A stretch of 62,848 bases of DNA, the filler included, from Choristocarpus tenellus KU-1152 (lineage: Eukaryota; Protista; Phaeophyceae), in the NCBI GenBank assembly GCA_964200185.2. It is 12 parts of 12 records of this genome, joined end to end, with 100 filler letters (N's around TTAATTAATTAA, not from the genome) between each part and the next. Parts side by side here need not be neighbours in the genome. Positions count along the whole stretch, not along the records: positions 34,262 to 43,771 come from CAXNAD020003620.1; positions 43,872 to 47,615 come from CAXNAD020018189.1; positions 47,716 to 51,287 come from CAXNAD020019179.1; 9 more parts are not named here. The stretch is one strand, 5' to 3'. The notes under the pieces were generated by a model. That model saw nothing but the letters and a program-made list of their open reading frames with translations, made no database searches and was not told the origin of the DNA. The translations under genes were made by a program, and so were the position numbers. Positions 37,023 through 48,619 of the stretch are shown piece after piece. Each line of letters opens with the position of its first letter. Position 1 is the first letter of the stretch.

Positions 37023-38739
37023 TATAAAAATAGTAACTATCACCCCTCTAATCGCAAGTCAAAGAAGAGTGCGCAACTCCCCCCCAAAACGCCCGTCCAT
37101 CCCACTCTTAAAAAAGACGTTCCTCTCACGATTTAAGAAGTTATACTCCGGTCCACAATTAAAAAAAAGAGAAAGCAGCGTTCAGCAGGGAACAGTAAGC
37201 AGGTGTATGCCCTAATATTATGCTTGGGGCTTCCCTACCAGCAGCTGTAGCATGGTGTGCGTTACCTGACAGGCTGTATTGGTTTGTTCCCCTTGTACTC
37301 CATACCTCAACTGTGATCCCAAATTTTTCGAGGTGTTCCTGTTACCACATCCACCAGTTCTTCTCTTGTTGCCTTGTTACTGTTTTCCATCTATATGTAG
37401 TTCCTTAAACATACAAAAACTACAAAGAACACTAGAATGTTTGCACAAAATGAAATTCACTATCGGAAAGTCTTATCTATCACCCCGTGTTCTGCTGGCA
37501 GTGTTTTTCATTACCAAATGTTACGAAATTCCCCAGTTCAAGTTCGAACAATAGTCAAAAGCATTATGGCCTCGGCAAGACCCTCGGGGAAACACTGAAA
37601 GGTTTGATGATCTCATAGAGGAATTATCCAATCGAAGCGACCAATAAGCATTTGTCCCAGCCAACCAAAATGCTACAAAAGCTGCATTGTACAAGGACAA
37701 GACTTACAATGGTTTGGGTAGCATGGCAGATGCAAGTGCTACGTTTGCTAGCATGTCACACCCTTTCACTGCCTCAGTCGAAACCCCAATCGTTAGGCAG
37801 GAACTAGGACTACCTAGCCAGAACAGGATGTCCATGCACGATGAGGTATCAAGTCAAACTTCACTGCCACACCAAGAGGTTGTCAACAGTGTACTGGTAA
37901 CCCTCGCACCGATACTTCAAGCTGATTTAACCCAGAATTCCTCGCCCGCTGTCTGTGCTGCCGTACGCAAACAATCTGCTTCGGGCCCTGCGAAATACAG
38001 ACCTCGTTCATTCCAAAAAGCAATGTATCAAAACTCGTTCGACCAGTCACATCCGTTCCCCAGCCTGTGCTTCGATCCCCATTTGCTTTAGCCACAGACA
38101 GGGCGAGCGATTGAAGTCGACACCATTCGGGCAAAGACCTACCTCCATCGCTCAACCCACTGAGGAATGTCCAGGGAAGGTTCGAAATAGACGGAAGCTA
38201 ACACGGGCTACGGTAGACTGCTCCTTCGTATGGGGTGGGTACTAATGATGATGAAGATGGTTTGAATTTGCCCTTCACCTTCGGATGGCGTTTCTTGTTT
38301 CTTGCATTTTTTCTTTTTGATAGTGAATGGATTTCATTTTGTGCAAACACCATTACTTTTCTACATGACATCCATATGTATACTAACTAACAATACCCCC
38401 AAAAAAGAGAGTAAAGGGTGTTGTACTGCACTACACAAATTGTTTCGAAGTCAAACAATATAAATATGAGAATATCGTACTCCAGCACAATTTTTTGAAA
38501 GTCCTAAAACATCTTATCTATTCTAACTGTACCCTTTTTTTATTTGTGATGATGGTACATCGAAACGGCAAAACGTGATTTGTCATTTGCGGCGTGTGAC
38601 AAAGTGGAGAGTCGGCAGAAGACCTCTCTCTGCTCTATGAAGATACTGAAGCGACGTGACGGGAAGGGTGACAAGGCGAGCCTGCAGTCTCATTCTGGGG
38701 TATGCCTCGTTCACTGGGTTGGTTAGGTTGTGGGTTGCT

Positions 38740-39520
38740 GAAGGCATGTTGAGCGCCTGAAAGGGTAATACTTCCTACTGCCCACCACTTTGTCGGGTCG
38801 ATTTTGTCTAAGGTCCTCATTCGTTCAATTGTGCATACTTTGTTCTACCACTCTTTGTAATATGGATCGACAAGAAACAGCGAATCACTGATCTATGTAG
38901 CTCGATCTCCGATCCTCTAGGCATGATTCTCCTCTCTGCGCGATTTCTACAGGCTCCCCAGGAGTCCGTCTCTCCTCCTCTGGATCGGAAAGGGCCGTCT
39001 ACAAAGGCATTAAAGCTCCTTGGACTTTCCGAGTTGCCATCAGAGGCCCAGGTCATCGAGCAACGCACGTTCGAACCTTGCCCGCGCAGAAACGAAAACA
39101 CTACAGCAATCTCTTCCCTTCCATTACCTGAGGCATGTTGAGCGCCCGAAAGGGTAATGCTCATCATTCGTAAGCATCTTGTTTGTTTTATATCCTCATT
39201 AGTTCAATAATACGTGCCACATACCCTATTCTGCCGCTCTATACACTTCGAGTAATATGGATCAACGACAAACAGCAAATCACTCACATAGCTTGATCTC
39301 TAATCCACTAGGTGCGATTTCCTTCTCTGCCCAATTTATGCAGGCCCCCCAGCAACCCCATGCAAGTTCTCCTCTAGGTGGGACAGAACAATCTACAAAA
39401 GCGTTGAAGCTTCTTGGGCTTTCCAAATTGCCACCAGAGGCCCAGGTTATTGAGCAGTGTAGCACGGTTGAGGCTTGCACACCAAGAACAGAATGCACAC
39501 AAAGACTCTCGCATTCTTCA
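38740..39520 (+). repeat. Tandem duplication of a ~390-bp intron+exon unit
   Basis: AGGCATGTTGAGCGCCYGAAAGGGTAAT near 38741 and 39131; GTAATATGGATC.AC...AAACAGC.AATCACT near 38857 and 39252; exon bodies homologous. Confidence 0.85.
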
Positions 39521-40027
39521 CTTTCCGAGACCCCTTCCCCAGTTCCATCAGCATCTGATGCCTCAACCCTAGTGAACACTGACTCCGAAGGCCATGCACC
39601 TTTATCTTCCAATGATTTGGTGGAGATGGGGCGGAACGAGGCTGAGAATGGGGGGGATTGGCGAGATCGTGGACTACTGGCATTGTACAGGGGCCACTCC
39701 TCGCTAGATTCACCGTTAAAGCTGGCTGTTTTGGACATGGATGAAGAGTTCCTATGTATTGTTAAGAATCTAGTTACTAGGTTTCCATCCCCGCCTGTAG
39801 CTTTGTACCCTCCTAGAGAAGCAGAAGGAGACCCTAAGGTGAGGACTACAATGGGGCATAAGAAGGTCAAGAAGGGGCGGTCATCCTCGGCCAAGAACTT
39901 TAGCCACCACAAGCCTAGAGAAGAAGACTCGAGAGTGAGGAGTGCATTGGGGCAGAAGAAGGGCGAGTTGGGGAAGTCACATCCAACCAAGAGCAGTTCA
40001 GAACCGTCGGGGGCAGGCTTTTCATGA
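38953..40027 (+). CDS. Exons of an unknown low-complexity protein with a duplicated module (38953-39132; 39344-40027)
   Basis: Both exons follow homologous pyrimidine-rich CAG acceptors and encode APQ...STKALKLLGLS.LP.EAQVIEQ. Confidence 0.5.
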
Positions 40028-41589
40028 ACAAAACTGTTGGGGAGGGACTGCAGAACATTTTGAGGCATGAGGACAAACCATCAGAGGTAGTTTGCTGTCT
40101 GAATGTGACCGCCAGAACTTAAGATGAGGAGCAGTTCTAGAGCTCTACCAGTACAAGGTTTCATTCAAATTACAATAAAAGTTCAGCATATACTATGGAC
40201 TTTAGACCAGTGTAAAGCACCACCCATGCTGTTCAAGTTGAGTCAACTACCCCAGTCAGTATGTATTTTCGATAATTGCAAAGCAACTTCCAAAGAAAGT
40301 GTGACAGCCATCTTATGTTCCGCAACTTGTGGAGTATACTGTATTATCCCAAACCTTTTTTATAGATAAGTATATATATTCTCTAAGTTCAGCTTCAGAG
40401 GTGGTGTGGTTGGGGTGGAGGACAAGGGCCAAATCTGCACTCCCTGCTCCATGCAGATTGACTGGTGGGCAGAAAAAAATGGCAAAATGCTCACCCTGTT
40501 GGTAATTGTTGAGACATTGGAAGTAGAAGGGAGCACATCATGCAAGCCTGACCTCAAAATATGCCGATGTGCATGACTCATTAAGTAAAACATTGTGTTT
40601 ATGATTTTTGACGTTGTATCGCACTGTTCCACATAACATATTTTCGTAGCCTTCACCTTTGCACCAGCAGGAAGTTGATAATCAGGGCTTAACACAGGAC
40701 AATTGAGCAGCAGAAAGAATGTGTTTTTTTCAAACCTAGAAAATTGTGCACGTCTACACCAACAACAGGTGAAAGGATGAGATTCGCATAGGACCCAACC
40801 TGTCCTCTATTTTACATTCTACTTCGTAATATATTCTGACTAGGAAGTACAGAGTAACATAACTACAACAGAACTCACAAGAAGCAGCAATACAATAATT
40901 TAAGGTCAGTTGGGTGGATAAAGGGGAACATGAGAAGTAGATAGTTGAACGTAAGAGTGAGAACAGGGAGAGGACAGTGGTAGTGGACACATCAGGCAGA
41001 TCTAAAAATAACCTTGGTATAGTGCGAGAAAGAAACTATGGAGTTGATAAAGGAGACTTTCCACAAACCCTAATATCTACACCTCAGACCTTGGCCAGGA
41101 AAATGTCATACACATTAAGGGGCATCTTGTGCGCACCTACTCCACTCCCATCACAAATCCATAGACGACAATTTCGACAGATTTATCCCTCACAGATTCC
41201 AGCAGGATTACTAAGAACGAGGAGATCCCACTAAAATGTGGAGCACACACTACATGCAGATTGTGTACTGCGGTTGTTCTACCTTAGCTGAGATATGTAT
41301 ACATTCTTGGTGGTGCTGTGGTCTGAGATCTAGTAACACAGTCGCATCCTATTTCACCCATCATGCCCAGAGCAGCTCAGCTCTTGGACACCAATCCCAT
41401 TGGGAGCTGTCTCGTCCCAAGTAGAACCCAATAATTTCAGGGGTTGGACTTCTGTCTAGCCATCCCAAGTGGAGTCCTTCCACCGTGCTCGTGTATTTTG
41501 GGCTGAAACAGTTGCCTGCCGGACTTCTTGGGGAAACAACCCCATCGACGCAGACATATTTGATGTGAGGGATTCTCCTTCACCATAGT

Positions 41590-41704
41590 CTATACTGTCA
41601 TTGAGCATCGACCCGTGTTGCCCCTTGGTGGGTATCATGACCTGATCCAGAGTCAGGATTGTGGATATACTGTAAGGTTTAAGAAAAGTTGGAAGGTACA
41701 ACAT
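41590..41704 (-). pseudogene. Possible piggyBac-like transposase trace
   Basis: FLKPYSISTILTLDQVMIPTKGQH resembles Y.P...L.IDE.MIPFKGR; single motif only. Confidence 0.3.
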
Positions 41705-43871
41705 TCGCGAAAAAGTACACTTTGAAGAACTTCAGGTGGTAATCCTTCAAAACTTCAGAGGGGAGGGCCAAGAATCACAAGGGAATACTAAATTCGGAAT
41801 TGGTTATGCTGGATTTCTAACGTTGCCAAGTCTAAACGGCCAACAAGTTCAGAAGGAGAAGATCAGTATGGGTGATGTCTTGAGCTATGACAGAGAGAAC
41901 CACTCCCAAGCATCAAGCAAAGCAATATGTAAGAAAACTGACAAGCAGTAAATTGGATACCTTCTGCGTCTCGAACTAATAGCCCATAGAAGAAATCGAC
42001 CAATCTTAACATCTCCATATGGCCAACCTTCGAAGTACTACTCTGAGAGATGATGCGGTATTGTACTGCTGTGGGGGTAACAGCTGTTGGCACCATGTTC
42101 CAGAGTGGCATTGAGGTAGCGGTTTCTTCTCAGGGAGTCCAAGCAACCAAGTTGGATCACATGAAGAGGATACCCAACTATCAATACATGTATCTGAAAG
42201 GCCGATTCTTTGCCTATCAGGACGAAGAACATGATAGCCAACTTATCAAAGTGGTTCCCACCCACAGGAAAACCATGGTTGTGAATCTGTGCATGCCTTT
42301 TTGGTTGGTTGGTCTAGGAGTAAGGACTTACAGCCTTCTGAACCTTGTAGAGCTCTATTGGGTAACTGCCTTTACATAGTTCTGGCATCCAATTCTAGGG
42401 ATAGGACTGGAAATGCAACACATTTAAACACCAATTCAATTTGTATGATGCACTATCCTTAGCTAAGGAAGTGCCGCTGGATCATTTACAAACATCAAAA
42501 ATTGTTGATGGGCATCTCCTTCTATAGGCAAGAAAGCGCTTGCCTTTGCCGCAAAATATTAACAGGTGAAATCCTAAAAAAAAAACAATTTTACATGTTG
42601 AATTATCTCAAGATCTTTAATACATATAAGCAATTTTTTTCACACAAGAAATATGATCCAATAAGGACATTATTGCCTAAGACTTAGAGCTCTCAACTCC
42701 ATACTTTGCCATCAAAAACTGCTAGTACTACAGATGTGCAAAATGCATTAAATCCATCAAATCTTGCAAACATGCATACATGTGTCCCAACAAATTGCAC
42801 CTACTTATAGAAACGCTTCTTGCTGTGGGCAACCTCTGTAACGCGGTCAGTGCCTTACAGAGTTGGCAAAGTTGATACCCTGCTATACTTAGCACAAATT
42901 TGGACAAAGGATGTCATGACTTTCCACTCACTTTTAATCTCCCAGAGGACCCGGCAGACCTGGGACTGGGTGCTGTGCCTCTGGCATTCTGGGGACAAAC
43001 AGATGACAGTCTGGGGGTAGTGTCATACCCTAAGGGAACCCCTTGTACCTCTTCCTGCCCACTCTTAACTCCACGAGACATACGCAAGCTCGGGGGACTG
43101 GTGGTGTTCTCCGCAAGACCTCCTGGAAAAAGAACAGAAGCAATGTTGCACAGGTCGAGGGCCTTAAAGTAGGCACTCGGCCAATACATAGCACCATAAC
43201 AACGACTGCAACTGGACAGGGGGACGGAAAACATACCCACAGGCAGGCAGCTTACTTTATCCACAACAATGCCTACTCAGATCATGAAGTACATACAACC
43301 CACCATCATAGCTCGCTCCCATCGAGGGCGGTCCATCTCCAAGACGCACGTGTGTCGAGGCGAGAAGCTGAGTTAGTGGCGACATTGGTTCAACGTTGGG
43401 GCCGCCTGGGTGAACTTCGTCGTCCCCTCTGGAAGGCAAGCCGCGATATCTGGGTCCAGGCCTTCTCCCCGGGGTACAGGACCTGTTGCCAGCAACACCT
43501 GGAGTCCGTACATCGCTTGCGCTTCCACTGTTGCGGACTTCTTCCTTCTTATGGTCGGCATTGAGGTAGTAGAGGAGACTGTCTGACGCCAGAGATGTCT
43601 CACTCGCATCAGCAACATCTTCTACTTCACCCCTCTGGGGCCGCTCCTCCCTCCCTCCATGTCTCCATCCCCCCCCCCCCCCCCCCCCCCCCTCCCCTGT
43701 TCCCTTTTCCCCCCCCCGTTCCTTGGAGGGAAAAGGGGCCCCCAAAAAAATGGGGGCCGGAAGGGGGGTTTNNNNNNNNNNNNNNNNNNNNNNNNNNNNN
43801 NNNNNNNNNNNNNNNTTAATTAATTAANNNNNNNNNNNNNNNNNNNNNNNNNNNNNNNNNNNNNNNNNNNN

Positions 43872-45487
43872 CTACGTCACAGCAGGGGAGTGGTGGAAAG
43901 TTGTTACTGCAACTAGTGGATCATAACCACGACCCCCCATTTGAACCTGGTGAATCATTGGAACGGACGGCAGGTCTACTTGCGGGTGGGAAAGATAAAC
44001 CCCTCCAACCAGAACCTAAGACCATGAGAGCAGCGACAGAGTGTGAGGAGTGGCCTTTGTGGAACGCAGCTATTCATGAAGAAGTGGATGATCAGGATAG
44101 CAGGGGAGTGTGGATTCAAGTACCTCGCTCCACTGATGGTCGCAAGGCACTAGGGACAAATATGGTTTTTGACCGAGGCAGATGGATGGCAAAAGGGAGA
44201 GTGCAGAGGTCCAAGGCGGGACTAGGACAAGTAAAATTTTCTGCTGGTGGAAACTTTGCTGGAAATGGGCTTGGAACAATCTGAGGCAGATTCGTGTCTG
44301 TTCAGAATGATTGAGGAAGGTGGTATACAATGGGCTGCTATTATGACTAGACCTGATGTATCATTTACACTTAGAGAGTTGGCTTTGTGTGTGGAGAATC
44401 CAAGTTTGACTGATTGGTTGAATACTAGGAGAGCGATTGGGTACCTATTGGGTACTAGAGAACATGGAATTACCTTTGGTGATTTCGGACTTTATGGTAA
44501 TGGACCAAGGAATCAGTTAATTGGTTATACTGATGCTGATTGTACTAATTGTAAAGAGAGTAGATTGTCTATTTCAGGTGGTGTTGTGATGTTTGGAGGA
44601 GGATGTGTCGATTGGTGGTCGAGAAAGCAGAAAACAGTCACAATGTCTGCTGCTGAGGCTGAGTATGTTGCATTGTGTGATTTGGCCAAAGGGGTTATGT
44701 TCTTGCAACAAGTACAATATTTTTTGGAGCCAACTGTACACGAGTATTGTATACGATTGTTTGAAGACAATAGTGGCGCAATCAAGTTAGCTCAGAAGAC
44801 AGCTTCAGGGGGTAGGACAAAACATGCAGATATCAGATATCATTATGTGAGAAACCTAATAAAAGAGGGGAAGGTAAAGATCATGTATGTAAATTCTGGT
44901 GAACAACATGGAGATTTGTTCACGAAGTCTTTGAATGGTAATGTGTTTGAGTTTCACACTAGAACTATCATGCACTGTGAGTAAGGGGTAGTGTGCAGAT
45001 TGAGTTCATTGGATTCATGATGAATGGACTGAACAGGAGAGTGTGTCATGAGTTTGTTTGTCCATGTGTGGAATTAAGATTTGAAGTTTACAGGATAAGT
45101 TGATTTCTAGCTGGGTTTTATTGTTGGACTGAATTGATTCTCACTGACATAGTCAGAGCAGGGGAGTGTGTCAAGATTATGCTTGACCATTTATGAGAAT
45201 ATGATTTGAAGTATTATTTTATGTACGCACAGAAGATAATGCGGGACAGTCGGGATATTTAAGCGGGGTATTTGACCAGAAGTAATCGGCGGACTATTCG
45301 AGTCGGAGTGTTTCTGATGTGTACTAGAGATACGTTGAGTCATTTGGTATTCTGAGTCATTAAGTGTAAGGACTGGTGAGCCCCACCTAGTGAAGGTATC
45401 TCGCTCTCTTCTCAACTGTGGTACAAGTTAATAAACAATAATATAACTAATTGTGTGGGACAACAGATCGTCAAGGACAGCTTAACA
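43872..45487 (+). mobile_element. 3' part of a Ty1/Copia LTR retrotransposon: deleted RT, near-intact RNase H, PPT and 3' LTR (45169-45487)
   Basis: EPKTMRAA...W..AIHEE, TRPDVSF, IGYTDAD...RLSISG...WWSRKQKTVTMSAAEAEYVAL, EDNSGAI, RTKHADIRYHYVR, DLFTKSL. PPT AGAGCAGGGGAG then TGTCAAG...AATAAA...CTTAACA. Confidence 0.92.
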
Positions 45488-46299
45488 ACCTTTTCATCAA
45501 TCTTTCTGTATGACCGCATTATCCGTTATTTCATTAGTCTGTAGTGCCATTTATCAATGGTTTCTACCTTCTTATACCTTGACCTTGCTGTGTATGTTTG
45601 CTAGGTTAAGTTCAAGAGGCCCAGAGTCCTTTTTTGTGTGTAATATTTATCTCTGTGGGTGTCAGCTCATTATTTTCAAGTCATCTTCCTCTTGCTCATT
45701 ATTGCAGCATTATTATTACACAGACTACAAATACAATAGTGGGCATTGTCTGAAAGATTTACCCTATTTTTTCTGATGAGATTATGTATGATGCTCGCAG
45801 GAAGCTGATGCTGGAATGCTGGAAGGAACAGGAGGCACGCCCTTCTTTTTCAAAGGTTTCCGTAATGCTCCAGGAGAATTCGTGGGGCTGATCTCACCCT
45901 GTAGCCCGCTTGGAAGGTTTTTGGCAGGGTTGGACTCCATGTACTAAGAGCCTATATTGTTGTGGGCTCCACCTTCCTATGTAGGGCGACAGGTTGTCTG
46001 TGTAACACAAGCCGTAGAAAGGACCTCAAAAGAATGGACAAGTGTACTACACGTGTAGCTCATAGTGAAGTGTAGTATCTTGACGAACTGCTGTGGATCC
46101 TAATTCCTTTTTTAGTATTACACTCGGTGGCAATAGCATTAGTGAGCCATGGGTACCACAGACAATGAGATTTCTGCTTGTGCTTCCTCCTTTTGAGTCA
46201 GTCAAAGCTGGGAGAAGAAAATAGTGCTCATAGCACATCCCGATTGGTTGTAACACCTACGCTTCTGTCTGAAGCATTTTCTGTGATGGGTATTGTGTG

Positions 46300-46850
46300 T
46301 CCTGAGTTTTTGTCTGATCATGAGGTTTTCGAGGGCAGAGGGGAACTCAGCCGTCTTCGAGAATCAACACTGGCAATGGGGAACCACCGCTGTCAAACTT
46401 GTCTTGTTTCTTCAAATGAAACTTATTCACACACAGATCAGGGGTAGACTTAGGATTAGGTTTTTGAAACTGTATGTTAAAAGGTGGTAAGTGGTGGATC
46501 CTCGACAGGTGGTGGTTCCCAAGTACACACTGTACTGCTGAATCACTTCTTTTAGGATGTTTCCTTAGATGGTCATGGGCATGTTCCACGCAAAAATCAG
46601 GGTTGGGGATAGGGTTACCCTTTCGAAAATGCGTCCGGAAAGTGAAGAAGTGTGTGTATGTAATAAAGTGGTAGGGCTCGAAGACGAGAGAGGCTGCCCT
46701 GTGTGCTGTAATGTGCCTTTTTATGCCTTGTTTGTCAGTGTCGAGTATGAAGTTGTTTTTCTTGTCTTTAGATTTGGTGTCTTTGGTATTAGTCATTCTC
46801 ATTTTAACCTTCCCCATGTGCTCATCGTTATAGACTAGTGCAATTCCTTA
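46300..46850 (-). mobile_element. Possible very decayed non-LTR RT remnant
   Basis: FRKGNPIPNPDF and ILDTDKQ are weak echoes of RQGDPLSP and LD..KAFD. Confidence 0.25.
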
Positions 46851-47741
46851 GGAGGCTGCACATGTTGTTTGATTAGTGCCCCCCATGCTTAGGAGATACC
46901 ACTTCCCCAGAATTTTGTAATGAGGCAATTTACGATTTTTTTTACTTCTTTTTTGGCGTTTTTAACAATTTGTGGATATTTTCTCAGGACACTTTTCCTC
47001 CCTTTTCTGCACATACGTTTCGATGAAATTCCTCCACATTTTTGCTATTCCATTGTTTTTGTTTTGAAGGTCATAGGAGACTGAGGGACTTGGGCTGAAA
47101 TACGTCATGTTCGAAATGACCCGTGTCATGAACATTTAGTTCAACCTTGAAGCAAAATGAAAGAATGACTTGTTTCGCTACTCCAAGGAAGATTTTTTTT
47201 TTTGCCCACTACCCTGTCATGTACTGTGAGCATTGATCCTGCTTTGAAGTATATCATTTGGAAGGGTGCATTGTTGTGCCAAACACATTTCTACTCAAAA
47301 GAAATTATGGCGGAATAATATTATTTCTACTGCTGAACATTTTATAACTTGAAAAATTCTTCTTCGTGGGTACAGGAGTCTTTCCACATACACACTATAT
47401 GGGCACAGCAATGCAAGTTGAACTCTTGTAGGGGAAACCGGACTATTTCCTTACCCATGACATCTCTGCCATCAATTTCCCCCATCTGCTTGTTTAACGT
47501 ACTCCCTGTCCAACGAACGATAGATTGGAAGGCCCTCTCTGTCTGAAAGCATGCACAGTGGTAGTACCATTTAACAGGGATTTCTCAAAATTGACGATGG
47601 TGCAGGACTATGAGGNNNNNNNNNNNNNNNNNNNNNNNNNNNNNNNNNNNNNNNNNNNNTTAATTAATTAANNNNNNNNNNNNNNNNNNNNNNNNNNNNN
47701 NNNNNNNNNNNNNNNCTCTGTAACGCATACCCTCACCCCCC

Positions 47742-47773
47742 GCCCCCTGCCCCCTGCCCCCTGCCCCCTGCCC
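47742..47773 (+). repeat. (CCCCCTG)n microsatellite
   Basis: Directly visible. Confidence 0.85.
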
Positions 47774-47816
47774 TCACACGATACTGCCATTAACTGTTCC
47801 CGCTGTTGTGTTGAAG

Positions 47817-48619
47817 GTATCTACATTGGCAACAACCGAAAGCCTGGGGAGGGGGAGGAGAAGCTGCACCTGGTGATAGAGGCGCCAAGCGAGCTGGATG
47901 TTCAAGCAGCTCGAAAGGAGATCCAGAGGTTGGTTGTACTTATAATGTCAATAATAATAATAATGATGAGGGTTAGGGTTAGGGTTAGAGGACAGGTGCA
48001 AGGGGTAGGAAGGGGTGCGTTGTATCGATCACCAGCATTTTGAATAGAAGTATGCTCATGGGTTGACTTTTTGACTGATTTGGAACTTCTTTTTTGCCAC
48101 TGACTTGTGAATCGATCGTCAGTTGAGTGGTATGGCGCTATGTATTTACCAATGAACGGTATATGTATTTACCAATGAACGGTACTTAGAAGTTCCACAT
48201 ATATCGCTTAGTTTTTTTTTTTTTGCTCTCCCCCCTTGCCTTGCCTATGAATTGTTGTGCAGTATGTCAAGATGCTGTTAGAATGTTTTTTGTCTATGTG
48301 TGTGAGTGGTGGAGTGCTTAGTGCTGCTTGTGTGTTTTGTGGTGCAGGTGTTGAGAAAGATGTACATTCACAGGAAAATTCTTGAAACTTTCTTTGTATA
48401 GCCCCTGGTAAAGATCCGTTCACAAACCTCAAGACAACGTGTCCCTGATGCGTACCCCCCCCCCCCTTCCCCCTTCCCTTCTCTCCATCTCGTGATTTGT
48501 TTTTGATGTGTGAATCGTGTGCTGTTTTTCAAACACCGCCTGGTAGGATATTGAACGAGGAGACTATGAAGGTGGCATCTTCATCATCTTTCTCATCTGG
48601 GAAGTACTCTGTCATTTGA
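47817..48619 (+). CDS. DDX46: Last two exons (47817-47928, 48547-48619) of DEAD-box helicase DDX46/Prp5
   Basis: Spliced GIYIGNNRKPGEGEEKLHLVIEAPSELDVQAARKEIQRILNEETMKVASSSSFSSGKYSVI* matches the DDX46 C-terminus pattern (G.Y....K.P.EGE.K.YL.IE...E..V..A..EI.R...EE...G.Y.V.). GT-AG intron with matching phase. Absent from the ORF track. Confidence 0.85.

Noticed and set aside
39280-40068. 262-aa antisense ORF
   Set aside because: Mirror of the plus-strand exon, which has the splice signals and duplicated module.
42900-43745. GC-rich ORFs on both strands, possible non-LTR remnant
   Set aside because: No convincing RT motif; could not assign strand or product.
29558-48619. Clustering of two splicing factors (PPIG-like and DDX46)
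   Set aside because: They lie on different contigs separated by artificial linkers.
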